From Acidobacteriaceae bacterium (GTDB lineage: Bacteria > Acidobacteriota > Terriglobia > Terriglobales > Acidobacteriaceae), in NCBI GenBank assembly GCA_035648695.1, contig DASRLB010000087.1:1-49377 (forward strand): DNA of 49,377 nucleotides. The letters are read 5' to 3'. The notes under the pieces were generated by a model that did not search any database, had not been told where the DNA came from, and worked only from the letters and a program-made list of their open reading frames with translations. Positions within the stretch are counted from its first letter, which is position 1; each line of letters starts with the position of its first letter. A program made the position numbers and the translations under genes. Below, in pieces: positions 19,711-28,324 of this stretch.

Positions 19711-19745
19711 CTCTACCCTCTACACTCTATTCTCTACGCTCTGCT
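19711..19745. repeat. Five-copy heptamer array (CTCTACN; NNTAGAG on the transcribed strand)
   Basis: ctctacc ctctaca ctctatt ctctacg ctctgct, contiguous. Confidence 0.85.
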
Positions 19746-19748
19746 TTT

Positions 19749-19824
19749 TGGCGTCCCCGGCATGATTCGAACATGCGTTGCCGCCTTGAGTCGACGGAGT
19801 CCTGGGCCACTGAACGACGGGGAC
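19749..19824 (-). tRNA. tRNA-Glu(CTC)-like gene with non-canonical anticodon loop (G32, A33)
   Basis: Minus strand GTCCCCG TC GTTC AGTGGCCCA GGAC T CCGTC GACTCAA GGCGG CAAC GCATG TTCGAAT CATGC CGGGGAC G CCA: 76 nt, full cloverleaf, TTCGA loop, encoded CCA. Confidence 0.88.
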
Positions 19825-19875
19825 ACCTGCGTTTCATTTTTTCACAAGCCCCATCATGCGCGATATCCGCACTGC

Positions 19876-21315
19876 TTAGTGAGCGCGCAACGTAAACGTG
19901 AAGACCGATCCCTGCCCCTGTTGACTGGTCACCGAAAGCGTGCCGCCATGCGCCTCAATGATGGCGCGGCAAATCGCCAGCCCCATCCCCGTGCCGGACA
20001 CAATCTGCCGCTGCGATCTGGCGCGATAAAACTTGTCGAAGATGAGCGACTGGTCCATCGGGTCGATGCCCGCACCGCGGTCCGCCACGCTGATCGCGAC
20101 GAAGCCGGGCCTCGTCTCCGCGCTTACGAAAATCGGCTTCCCGAGATGCGAATACTTCGCGGCGTTATCCAGCAGATTGCCCAGCACTTTCTGCATCCAC
20201 GCCGGGTCCGCTTCGACCATCGGGAGCCCATCCGGCACGGTGACTGTAACCTCGTGCCCGTTCAGCACCGCCTGGTTCGACTCAACCGCCGCGCCGATCA
20301 TGTCCGCAACCGATTGCGGACTGAAACTCATCCGCACTTCCTGCGTATCGAGCTGCGCCATCTCGACCGCCTGCGCCACCAGCCGGTTCAGCCGATCGCT
20401 CTCCTCATCGATTACGATCAAAAGATCGCGTGCCCCCTCCGCCGAAACATCCGCCGACAGCAGCGTGCTCACGGAAGCTTTTATCGACGTCAACGGCGTG
20501 CGCAGCTCATGTGTGATCGAGTCGATCATCAGCGCGCGGAGCCGCTCGCTCTCCTTGGCAGCCTCGCCGCGTGTGACGAGCTCCAGCGCCTGCGCTCGAT
20601 CCAGCGAGATGGAAACCAGTCCGCCCAGCGCCTCCAGACTTTGGTTCGAAAGCGCCACACCCTTCAGCAGCAGAACGCCGCGCGGCCTCACGCCGGCACG
20701 CAGCGGAACGATACATTCTTCGCCATCGGCCGCCATCGCAGGCCCGGCGCCGAGCGACATTTCCCTCAGCTGGTCGACCGTTACAGGCGCCGTCATGTTT
20801 CCAACCGACTTATAAATCCGATCGCCATCGAGCAGATAAAACACCACCGCTGTCGCATCCGTAGCCAGCGCTACTGCCGCCGGAATCGAATTCGTCAGCT
20901 CCAGCAGCTTGTCCGTTTCGAGCAGCGCGCGACTCAGCCGATACAGCGTTTCCAACTCGGCCTGCCGCGCAATCGCGTCCGCCGATTCGCGTCGAATCCG
21001 CTCCGACATCCGGCTCGCCACGACCGAGGTCACGAGGAATGCGACCAGGGCAATCAAGTTCTGCGGATCCGAAATTGTGAAGCGCCCCAGCGGTGGAAGA
21101 AAGAAATAGTTGTACGCCGCGCCCGCCGCAAACGACGTAACAACCGCATAACGCAGCCCCAGCCGCGCCGCCAAAAAAAGTATGAACAACAACAGCGTCA
21201 GCGCCACTGTCGTCGGATTTACATGAAGCACAAGCCGATAGAACGCTACAATTCCCGCAAGGCAGATTACGACGCCGACCCATCGAGCCGCGAGAACGAA
21301 GCGTTTGGCATCCAT
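19876..21315 (-). CDS. kdpD: KdpD C-terminal half: membrane domain, GAF and histidine kinase
   Basis: Four-TM block with YNYFFLPP..FTISDPQN (DUF4118-like), H-box ITHELRTPLTSI, N-box NLLDNAAKYS, G-boxes DRGAGI and GTGMGLAIC; true start MDAKRF at 21315. Confidence 0.9.
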   Translation of the reverse strand: MDAKRFVLAARWVGVVICLAGIVAFYRLVLHVNPTTVALTLLLFILFLAARLGLRYAVVTSFAAGAAYNYFFLPPLGRFTISDPQNLIALVAFLVTSVVASRMSERIRRESADAIARQAELETLYRLSRALLETDKLLELTNSIPAAVALATDATAVVFYLLDGDRIYKSVGNMTAPVTVDQLREMSLGAGPAMAADGEECIVPLRAGVRPRGVLLLKGVALSNQSLEALGGLVSISLDRAQALELVTRGEAAKESERLRALMIDSITHELRTPLTSIKASVSTLLSADVSAEGARDLLIVIDEESDRLNRLVAQAVEMAQLDTQEVRMSFSPQSVADMIGAAVESNQAVLNGHEVTVTVPDGLPMVEADPAWMQKVLGNLLDNAAKYSHLGKPIFVSAETRPGFVAISVADRGAGIDPMDQSLIFDKFYRARSQRQIVSGTGMGLAICRAIIEAHGGTLSVTSQQGQGSVFTFTLRAH

Positions 21316-21333
21316 GGGTGAGATTCTACGACG
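21316..21333. promoter_or_regulatory. Probable bidirectional -10 element driving two leaderless mRNAs
   Basis: 18-nt gap between divergent ATGs; TAGAAT on the minus strand 7 nt before its ATG and TGaGATTCT on the plus strand 6 nt before its ATG; no convincing SD. Confidence 0.6.
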
Positions 21334-22476
21334 ATGGCCGATCACCACAACCCGAAAAAGACGCCGGAAGACTGGCTCGCCTCCGTCGCCGCCGCGGACA
21401 AGAAGCAGGGCCGCTTCAAAGTTTTCCTCGGCTACGCGCCCGGCGTGGGCAAAACTTTCAGCATGTTGAGCGAAGGCGTCCGACGCAAAAATCGCGGCGA
21501 AGATGTCGTCATCGGCATCGTAGAAACCCACGGCCGCTCGGGCACGACCGAGGTCGCCGCCGCCCTCGAATCCGTCCCGCGCCGCGAGATGGACTACAAG
21601 GGCACGCTGTTCTCCGAAATGGACATCGACGCCATCCTTGCCCGCAAACCCCAGATCGCGCTGATCGACGAACTCGCCCACACCAACGTCGAAGGCAGCC
21701 GTAACGCCAAGCGCTACGAGGACGTCTTCGAGCTTCTCAACGCCAACATCGACGTTCTCACCACCGTCAACATCCAGCACATTGAAAGCCTCACACCGCG
21801 TGTGCAGTCGCTCACCGGCGTGACCGTCCGCGAGACCGTGCCCGACTGGGTGCTCGACCGCGCCGACGAAATCGTCATCTCGGACCTCACGCCCGAAGCG
21901 CTCGCAACCCGCATGAGACGCGGCGATATCTATCCCGCCGAACGCGTCGAACGTGCACTCTCAAACTTCTTCCGCCGCGGAAACCTCATCGCCCTCCGCG
22001 AAATGGCCCTCCAACGCGTCACCAAAGCCGTCGACCGCACGCTCAATGATTACGTGAAGCGCAAGCAACTCGGCGCGCATTGGACCGTAGCCGAAAAGGT
22101 CGCCGTCTGCATCAGCGCCAACCCCTCCGCCCGCGACCTCATCGCCCGCGGCGCTCGTCTCGCCGAAGCCATCGACGCGGAGCTTTTCGTACTCCACGTA
22201 GAGAGCGACCGCGTCTTATCGCCGGCCGAGGCCCGTGGGCTTGAGGCCAATATTCAGTTCGCTCAAAATCTCGGCGCGCAGATCGTCCACCTCAAGGGAT
22301 CGAGTGTCGCCGCGGCCACCGCGGCTTTCGTCACGGAGCACCGCATCACCCAGGCGATCTTTGGGTGCTCCGCGTTGAAGGGGATGAAAAAGTACCTATA
22401 CTTCTTCGCGATCCAGAAATTCATGTCGCAAGCGCCTCACGTCGACCTCCACATCGTCACACAGGAGATCCATTAG
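21334..22476 (+). CDS. kdpD: KdpD N-terminal half: KdpD sensor domain plus universal stress protein domain
   Basis: GRFKVFLGYAPGVGKT (Walker A), ETHGR, IDELAHTN, TVNIQHIESL, VRETVPD and FFRRGNLIALRE motifs; C-terminal Usp domain. Confidence 0.95.
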   Translation: MADHHNPKKTPEDWLASVAAADKKQGRFKVFLGYAPGVGKTFSMLSEGVRRKNRGEDVVIGIVETHGRSGTTEVAAALESVPRREMDYKGTLFSEMDIDAILARKPQIALIDELAHTNVEGSRNAKRYEDVFELLNANIDVLTTVNIQHIESLTPRVQSLTGVTVRETVPDWVLDRADEIVISDLTPEALATRMRRGDIYPAERVERALSNFFRRGNLIALREMALQRVTKAVDRTLNDYVKRKQLGAHWTVAEKVAVCISANPSARDLIARGARLAEAIDAELFVLHVESDRVLSPAEARGLEANIQFAQNLGAQIVHLKGSSVAAATAAFVTEHRITQAIFGCSALKGMKKYLYFFAIQKFMSQAPHVDLHIVTQEIH

Positions 22477-22477
22477 C

Positions 22478-23155
22478 ATGCGCATTTTGATCGTCGACGA
22501 CGAGCGCCAGATCACGCGCGTCCTGCGGACTTCGCTGCAAAGCCACGGCTACGAAGTCCAAGTTGCGCAGGACGGCCTCGAAGCCTTCGCGCTGTTCGAG
22601 CAGGCCGCGCCGGACCTCATCATCACCGACCTCGCCATGCCAAACATGGACGGCCTCGAACTCACCCGCGCCGTGCGCCGCAGCGCCGACACGCCCATCA
22701 TCGTGCTCTCCGTCCGCGAGCAGGAGACAACAAAAATCGCCGCGCTCGACAGCGGCGCAGACGACTACGTCATCAAGCCCTTCAGCATGCCGGAACTCAT
22801 GGCGCGCGTGCGTTCGCAACTCCGCCGCACCGCAATAGACGAATCCCCAGCCCCCACGATCTCCGAAGGCGACTTCACAATCGATGCCGACGCACACCGC
22901 GTTTCAGTGCGCGGCGCCGACATTCACCTCACGCCCAAAGAATTCGATCTCCTTCTCCTCTTCGCACAGAACGCCGGCCGCATCATGACACACAAGGCTC
23001 TCCTCCGCGCCATATGGGGCCCTGCCGGCGCGGATCAGCCCGAGTACCTCCGCGTGCTCGTCGGTCAACTGCGCAAAAAAATCGACCAGCCCAACGCCGA
23101 AAGCTACATCCAAAGTGAACCTTGGGTCGGCTATCGTTTCCGTCCGCAGATCTAA
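22478..23155 (+). CDS. kdpE: OmpR-family response regulator KdpE
   Basis: Receiver domain (VDDE, DLAMP, ALDSGADDYVIKPF) and winged helix (HLTPKEF, YLRVLVGQLRKKI, EPWVGYRF). Confidence 0.95.
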   Translation: MRILIVDDERQITRVLRTSLQSHGYEVQVAQDGLEAFALFEQAAPDLIITDLAMPNMDGLELTRAVRRSADTPIIVLSVREQETTKIAALDSGADDYVIKPFSMPELMARVRSQLRRTAIDESPAPTISEGDFTIDADAHRVSVRGADIHLTPKEFDLLLLFAQNAGRIMTHKALLRAIWGPAGADQPEYLRVLVGQLRKKIDQPNAESYIQSEPWVGYRFRPQI

Positions 23156-23164
23156 AACCAGCCC

Positions 23165-23203
23165 TTTACAACTTCTTAACTTTTCTTCTACAGACTTCCT
23201 ACG
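23165..23203 (+). promoter_or_regulatory. Candidate KdpE binding site: four half-sites in 11-bp phase
   Basis: TTTACA (23165), TTAACT (23176), TCTACA (23187), CCTACG (23198); resembles the E. coli TTTATA-N5-TTTACA site. Confidence 0.6.
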
Positions 23204-23236
23204 CCTCCGAGGATTGAAATCATTCTCGAGGCAGTT

Positions 23237-23518
23237 ATGAAGTTTACGAAGTCATTGCTGGTTGCGCTTCCCTTCCTGCTGCAGATCGCTCTGTTCACAG
23301 CGCTCTACACACGCCGGAACGCAATCGCCGCGTCCTCACCGTGGCCCACGGGGCCCGTCGATATCTCCGACCTGTACCGGCAGCGCGACCGCATTGCTGC
23401 ACAGCTCGCAGCCCTCGAACACAAGCCAAAACAGTTTCTTCCCCGTGGCGTCGCTGCCGCATCAAGCGACCATCCCCACCGAGTCATGCAACAAACGAAC
23501 GGAGAATCCCGTGCTTGA
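23237..23518 (+). CDS. Hypothetical 93-aa protein with N-terminal hydrophobic helix, first ORF of the kdp operon
   Basis: SD GAGG, ATG start, signal/TM segment LLVALPFLLQIALFTALY; stop overlaps the next small ORF. Confidence 0.55.
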   Translation: MKFTKSLLVALPFLLQIALFTALYTRRNAIAASSPWPTGPVDISDLYRQRDRIAAQLAALEHKPKQFLPRGVAAASSDHPHRVMQQTNGESRA

Positions 23519-23615
23519 CATCATCTTCCTGCTTTCCACCGTCGCTTGCTTCGCCGTCGCGCTGCTCTACGTGGCTGCCTGCAACCGCCTGAATTCGAGG
23601 TCTTCCCGTGATTGA
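23511..23615 (+). CDS. 34-aa single-TM kdp-associated peptide
   Basis: SD GGAGA then GTG; MLDIIFLLSTVACFAVALLYVAACNRLNSRSSRD; overlaps the kdpF start. Confidence 0.7.
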   Translation: MLDIIFLLSTVACFAVALLYVAACNRLNSRSSRD

Positions 23616-23694
23616 GAACGCAATCCTGCTCACGCTTTCCATCCTGCTGATGGTCTACCTGGTCTACGCCCTGCTCCGTCCGGAGAAATTCTGA
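23608..23694 (+). CDS. kdpF: K+-transporting ATPase subunit KdpF (28 aa)
   Basis: GTG start; MIENAILLTLSILLMVYLVYALLRPEKF with the YLxYALLRPEKF signature; TGATG overlap with kdpA. Confidence 0.92.
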   Translation: MIENAILLTLSILLMVYLVYALLRPEKF

Positions 23695-25469
23695 TGACAA
23701 CGAACGGCTGGTTCCAAATCGCATTATTCTTCGTTGTCGTGCTTGCTCTGGCAAAGCCCATGGGCTCCTACATGACGCTCGTCTTCGAACGCCGCCGCAC
23801 CTGGCTCGACCCCATCGCCGCCCCCATCGAACGCCTGCTCTATCGCCTCACCGGCATCAATCCCGACGAAGAAATGCGTTGGACGACATACCTCGTCGCC
23901 ATGCTCATCTTCACTGCGGCAACCGTCATCCTCACTTACGTCGTCGAGCGCGCACAGGGCCATCTCCCGTTCAACCCGCAGCACCTCGCGGGCGTCGAGC
24001 CGGGCCTCGCCTGGAACACCGCCATCTCTTTCAGCACCAACACCAACTGGCAAGCGTACAGCCCCGAAACCACGATGAGTTACTTCACTCAAATGTTCGG
24101 ATTGGCGACGCACAACTTCTGGTCGGCAGCCATCGGCCTCGCACTCGCGGTCGCCTTCATTCGCGGCATCGCGCGCCGCGAGATGAAGACTCTCGGCAAC
24201 TTCTGGGTCGACATGACGCGCGGCATCCTCTGGGTCCTCGCGCCGATCTCCATCGTCCTCGCGCTCGCTCTGGTCTCGCAGGGAGTCATTCAGAATCTGC
24301 GACCGTACGACACTGCAAAACTTATCGAATCGCAGACGCAAACCACCACCGGCGCAGACGGCAAACCCACCACAACCGTCATCACCACGCAGACCATCGC
24401 GCAAGGCCCGGTCGCCTCGCAGGAAGCCATCAAGATGCTCGGCACCAACGGCGGCGGCTTCTTCAATGCGAACAGTTCGCACCCGTTCGAAAACCCCACG
24501 CCGTTCTCGAACTTTCTGGAGATGCTCGTCATCTTCCTCATCCCCGCCGGCCTCACCGTCACCCTCGGTCAAATGACGCAATCGCCGAAACACGGCTGGG
24601 CAGTCTTTGCCGCAATGTCGGTCCTCTTCTTCGCGGGAATCGCAACCTGCTACTGGGCCGAGTCGCAGGCAACTCCGGCTCTTGCCACAACCGACACACA
24701 GGTCTCGGCAACTCAAAGCGGCGGCAACATGGAGGGCAAGGAAGTCCGCTTCGGCATCGCCAACTCCGCACTCTTCGCTACCATCACAACCGACGCAAGT
24801 TGCGGCGCGGTCAACTCCATGCACGACTCCTTCACCCCGCTCGGCGGCATGGTCCCAATGGTCAACATCCTGCTCGGCGAAATCATCTTCGGCGGAGTCG
24901 GCGCAGGCATGTACGGCATGTTGATCTTCGTCATCCTCTCCGTCTTCATCGCCGGCCTCATGGTCGGCCGCACACCCGAATATCTCGGCAAGAAGATCGA
25001 AGCCTACGACATCCAGATGGCAATGCTGTACCTGCTCATCTTCCCGCTCATCATCCTCGGATTCGCCGCCGTCAGCGTCCTCTCTCCGAGCTTCGGCCTG
25101 TCGAGCCTCACCAACCACGGCCCGCACGGCCTTTCCGAGATCCTCTACGCCTACACCTCCGCGACCGGAAACAACGGTTCAGCCTTCGCCGGCCTCAACG
25201 CCAATACGCACTGGTACAACTCCACGCTGGGCATAGCAATGTTCGCCGGCCGCTTCCTCATGCTGATCCCGATGCTCGCCATCGCGGGCAATCTCGCCGC
25301 GAAAAAGAGCATTCCCGCAACCGTCGGAACGTTCCCGGTAACCACACCGCTGTTCACGACCCTGCTCGTCGGAGTCATTCTCATCGTCGGCGCGCTCACG
25401 TTCTTCCCCGCGCTCTCGCTCGGCCCCATCCTCGAGCACCTTTTGATGCGTGCAGGCCACAGCTTCTAG
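23694..25469 (+). CDS. kdpA: K+-transporting ATPase subunit A
   Basis: [33 protein letters not shown] and GNNGSAFAG selectivity-filter motifs. Confidence 0.98.
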   Translation: MTTNGWFQIALFFVVVLALAKPMGSYMTLVFERRRTWLDPIAAPIERLLYRLTGINPDEEMRWTTYLVAMLIFTAATVILTYVVERAQGHLPFNPQHLAGVEPGLAWNTAISFSTNTNWQAYSPETTMSYFTQMFGLATHNFWSAAIGLALAVAFIRGIARREMKTLGNFWVDMTRGILWVLAPISIVLALALVSQGVIQNLRPYDTAKLIESQTQTTTGADGKPTTTVITTQTIAQGPVASQEAIKMLGTNGGGFFNANSSHPFENPTPFSNFLEMLVIFLIPAGLTVTLGQMTQSPKHGWAVFAAMSVLFFAGIATCYWAESQATPALATTDTQVSATQSGGNMEGKEVRFGIANSALFATITTDASCGAVNSMHDSFTPLGGMVPMVNILLGEIIFGGVGAGMYGMLIFVILSVFIAGLMVGRTPEYLGKKIEAYDIQMAMLYLLIFPLIILGFAAVSVLSPSFGLSSLTNHGPHGLSEILYAYTSATGNNGSAFAGLNANTHWYNSTLGIAMFAGRFLMLIPMLAIAGNLAAKKSIPATVGTFPVTTPLFTTLLVGVILIVGALTFFPALSLGPILEHLLMRAGHSF

Positions 25470-25482
25470 TCAGGAGATTCAG

Positions 25483-27528
25483 ATGTCTCAGTTCGAAAAC
25501 AAAAATCGGCGCTCGTTGTTCGACCAGCAGATCATGCGCCGCGCCGCGGTCGACGCGCTCGTCAAGCTCAATCCCACGACAATGATGAAGAACCCCGTCA
25601 TGTTCGTCGTCGAAGTGGGCAGCGTACTCACCACCGTCATGCTCCTCCGCGACACGATACTCCACCGGGGCCACTTCGGTTTCGACCTCCAGATCACCCT
25701 CTGGCTCTGGTTCACCGTACTCTTCGCAAACTTCGCGGAAGCTATGGCGGAGGGCCGCGGCAAAGCTCAAGCCGACGCGCTGCGCCGCGCAAAATCCGAA
25801 ACCACGGCCTTCAAAGTTACAAAGAATGGCATCGAAGAAATCCCCAGCTCCCAACTCCGCTCCGGCGACGAAGTCCGCGTCGCTGCCGGTCAAATGATCC
25901 CCGGAGACGGCGACGTCATCGCAGGCGTCGCCTCGGTCGACGAGTCCGCCATCACCGGCGAGTCCGCCCCCGTCATCCGCGAAGCCGGCGGCGACCGCTC
26001 CTCCGTCACCGGAGGCACCCGCGTGCTCTCCGACGTCATCACCATCCGCATCACATCCAACCCCGGCGAAACCTTCATCGACCGCATGATCGCCCTCGTG
26101 GAAGGCGCCGAGCGCCAGAAGACGCCCAACGAAATCGCGCTCAACATTCTCCTAGCGGGCCTCACCATCATCTTCCTGCTCGCCGTCGTCACGCTTGAGC
26201 CGTTCGCAGCCTACTCCGGCGCGCCACAAACAGCCTTCGTTCTCATCTCTCTCCTCGTCTGCCTCATCCCAACCACCATCGGCGGCCTCCTCTCCGCCAT
26301 CGGCATCGCGGGCATGGACCGCCTCGTCCAGCACAACGTCCTCGCCACATCCGGCCGCGCTGTGGAAGCCGCCGGCGACGTCAACACCCTGCTGCTCGAC
26401 AAGACTGGCACCATCACCATCGGCAACCGCCAGGCCTCCGAGTTCGTCCCCGCACCCGGAGTCTCCAGCGACCAGCTCGCCGACGCCGCGCAGCTCTCTT
26501 CCCTCCCCGACGAAACCCCCGAAGGCCGGTCTATCGTAGTTTTGGCGAAGGAGCGCTACGGCCTCCGCGGCCGCGAACTCGCCCAGCTCAACGCACAGTT
26601 CATCCCCTTCAGCGCCACCACCCGCATGTCCGGCATCGACATGGACGGCCGCACCATCCGCAAAGGCGCCGTAGACGCCATCGCGTCCTACCTCGTCGAG
26701 TGCGGCACGTCTCTCCCCGCTGAAGTCCGCGATGCTGTAGACACCATCTCCCGCAGCGGCGGCACGCCCCTCGTCGTCGCCGAAAACGGCCGCGCGCTCG
26801 GCGTCATTCATTTGAAAGATGTGGTGAAAGGCGGCATGAAGGAGCGCTTCGCCCAGCTTCGTGCGATGGGCATTCGTACCATCATGATTACCGGCGACAA
26901 TCCCCTCACCGCTGCGGCCATCGCCCGCGAAGCCGGCCTCGACGACTTCCTCGCCGAAGCCAAACCCAAAGACAAAATGGACCTCATCCGCCGCGAACAG
27001 GCCGAAGGCAAGCTCGTCGCCATGACCGGCGACGGCACCAACGACGCACCCGCGCTCGCCCAGGCAGACGTGGGCGTTGCCATGAACTCCGGCACCCAGG
27101 CTGCCAAAGAAGCCGGCAACATGGTCGACCTCGACTCCGACCCGACCAAACTCATCGAAATCGTCGCCATCGGCAAGCAGCTTCTTATGACCCGCGGCGC
27201 GCTCACCACCTTCTCCATCTCCAACGACGTCGCCAAGTATTTTGCCATCATCCCAGCCATGTTCGCGGGTGTCTTCCCCGTCCTGAACGCGCTCAACATC
27301 ATGCACCTCCACAGCCCGGAGTCGGCCATCCTCTCCGCCGTCATCTTCAACGCGCTCATCATCGTCGCGCTCATCCCGCTGGCCCTCCGCGGCGTCTCCT
27401 ACAAAGCCATGTCTGCCGCCGCCCTGCTGCAAAAGAACCTGCTCGTCTACGGACTCGGCGGCATCATCGTCCCCTTCATCGGCATCAAGCTGGTCGACAT
27501 CGTCATCACCGCCGTCCACCTCGCATAG
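25483..27528 (+). CDS. kdpB: K+-transporting P-type ATPase subunit B
   Basis: [22 protein letters not shown] and GDGTNDAP motifs; start MSQFEN after SD AGGAG. Confidence 0.98.
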   Translation: MSQFENKNRRSLFDQQIMRRAAVDALVKLNPTTMMKNPVMFVVEVGSVLTTVMLLRDTILHRGHFGFDLQITLWLWFTVLFANFAEAMAEGRGKAQADALRRAKSETTAFKVTKNGIEEIPSSQLRSGDEVRVAAGQMIPGDGDVIAGVASVDESAITGESAPVIREAGGDRSSVTGGTRVLSDVITIRITSNPGETFIDRMIALVEGAERQKTPNEIALNILLAGLTIIFLLAVVTLEPFAAYSGAPQTAFVLISLLVCLIPTTIGGLLSAIGIAGMDRLVQHNVLATSGRAVEAAGDVNTLLLDKTGTITIGNRQASEFVPAPGVSSDQLADAAQLSSLPDETPEGRSIVVLAKERYGLRGRELAQLNAQFIPFSATTRMSGIDMDGRTIRKGAVDAIASYLVECGTSLPAEVRDAVDTISRSGGTPLVVAENGRALGVIHLKDVVKGGMKERFAQLRAMGIRTIMITGDNPLTAAAIAREAGLDDFLAEAKPKDKMDLIRREQAEGKLVAMTGDGTNDAPALAQADVGVAMNSGTQAAKEAGNMVDLDSDPTKLIEIVAIGKQLLMTRGALTTFSISNDVAKYFAIIPAMFAGVFPVLNALNIMHLHSPESAILSAVIFNALIIVALIPLALRGVSYKAMSAAALLQKNLLVYGLGGIIVPFIGIKLVDIVITAVHLA

Positions 27529-27537
27529 AAAGCCTCC

Positions 27538-28104
27538 ATGAAAAAGCACATCGTCACCTCGCTGCTCTACACCGCCATTACCGCCGTCCTGCTGGGCATC
27601 GTCTACCCGCTCGCGGTCACTGTAATCGCTCGCCTCTGTTTCGCCGACAAGGCGAGCGGCCAACTCATCCACAATCAGTCCGGCGACATCATCGGCTCGA
27701 AGCTCATCGGCCAGTCCTTCACCGGCCCGCTCTACTTCCACAGTCGCCCCTCGGCTGCGGGCACCGGCTACGACGCAGCCAACTCATCCGGATCGAACCT
27801 CGGCCCCACCAGCAAAGCCCTTGCCGATCGCGTCGCTCAAAGCATCTCCGCCGAGCACAGCGGTTCGCCTATCCCCGTCGATCTGGTTACGGCATCCGGC
27901 TCGGGCCTGGATCCCGATATTTCTCCAGAGGCGGCCCGTTACCAGGTGGCGCGGATCGCCGCAGCGCGAGGAATCAGCCCGGATGCTGTCCGGCAGCTTG
28001 TGGCCCGCCAACTCACGCCGCGGCAGTTCGGTATCCTCGGAGAACCGCGTATCAATGTGCTCGAACTGAACCTCAGTCTGGACGCCCTTAGCGGCACGAA
28101 GTAA
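27538..28104 (+). CDS. kdpC: K+-transporting ATPase subunit C
   Basis: GSKLIGQSF, YFHSRPS, SGSNLGP, TASGSGLDPDIS and GEPRINVLELN motifs. Confidence 0.97.
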   Translation: MKKHIVTSLLYTAITAVLLGIVYPLAVTVIARLCFADKASGQLIHNQSGDIIGSKLIGQSFTGPLYFHSRPSAAGTGYDAANSSGSNLGPTSKALADRVAQSISAEHSGSPIPVDLVTASGSGLDPDISPEAARYQVARIAAARGISPDAVRQLVARQLTPRQFGILGEPRINVLELNLSLDALSGTK

Positions 28105-28136
28105 TAGGTCCCAAACATCATTTCTCCGCATCGGGA

Positions 28137-28167
28137 GCGTTTCCGTCTCACGACGGGAGCGCCTCTT
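28137..28167 (+). terminator. Possible terminator after kdpC
   Basis: GCGTTTCCGTC-tcac-GACGGGAGCGC stem with G-U pairs, followed by a weak pyrimidine tract. Confidence 0.4.
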
Positions 28168-28235
28168 CGCGCGTTGGCCTCCACCCCGCCGACGGAGCCC
28201 GCCTGGTCGGACCGGAATAACAATTTCCTGGGTGA

Positions 28236-28280
28236 GGAACAATTTTCCTATTGACATTTCAATTTAAAAGCCCGTAGGGT
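28236..28280 (+). promoter_or_regulatory. Sigma70-type promoter of the TonB receptor with an overlapping candidate operator
   Basis: TTGACA (28251)-N18-TAGGGT (28275); preceded by GGAACAATTTTCCTA, a motif shared with other promoters of the locus. Confidence 0.65.
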
Positions 28281-28324
28281 TCTATCCGAGACCAGCCGCA
28301 ATCACGATCCGCTTGGAGGAACCA

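Noticed and set aside
19786-19792. Reading the tRNA-like loop as UCA (selenocysteine or opal suppressor) or CAA (Leu)
   Set aside because: The stem register centres CUC in a 7-nt loop; there is no long variable arm or extended acceptor stem; the body matches tRNA-Glu.
14663-21321. Very long plus-strand ORFs (14663-17320, 16797-18890, 19504-21321)
   Set aside because: They are antisense shadows of well-supported pyd and kdpD genes; Arg/His/Pro-rich, no recognisable motifs, expected from high GC3.
21316-21780. 155-aa N-terminal extension of the kinase ORF given in the track (start 21780)
   Set aside because: It overlaps the KdpD N-terminal gene in antisense; KdpD similarity starts only at MDAKRF (21315), which has its own -10 element.
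23724-27741. Long alternative-frame and antisense ORFs over kdpA and kdpB
   Set aside because: Shadow frames of highly conserved genes with no independent coding evidence.
19749-28104. kdp locus as an island integrated at the tRNA
   Set aside because: No integrase, no duplicated tRNA 3' end noticed, kdp lies on the 5' side of the tRNA, and its codon usage matches the host.
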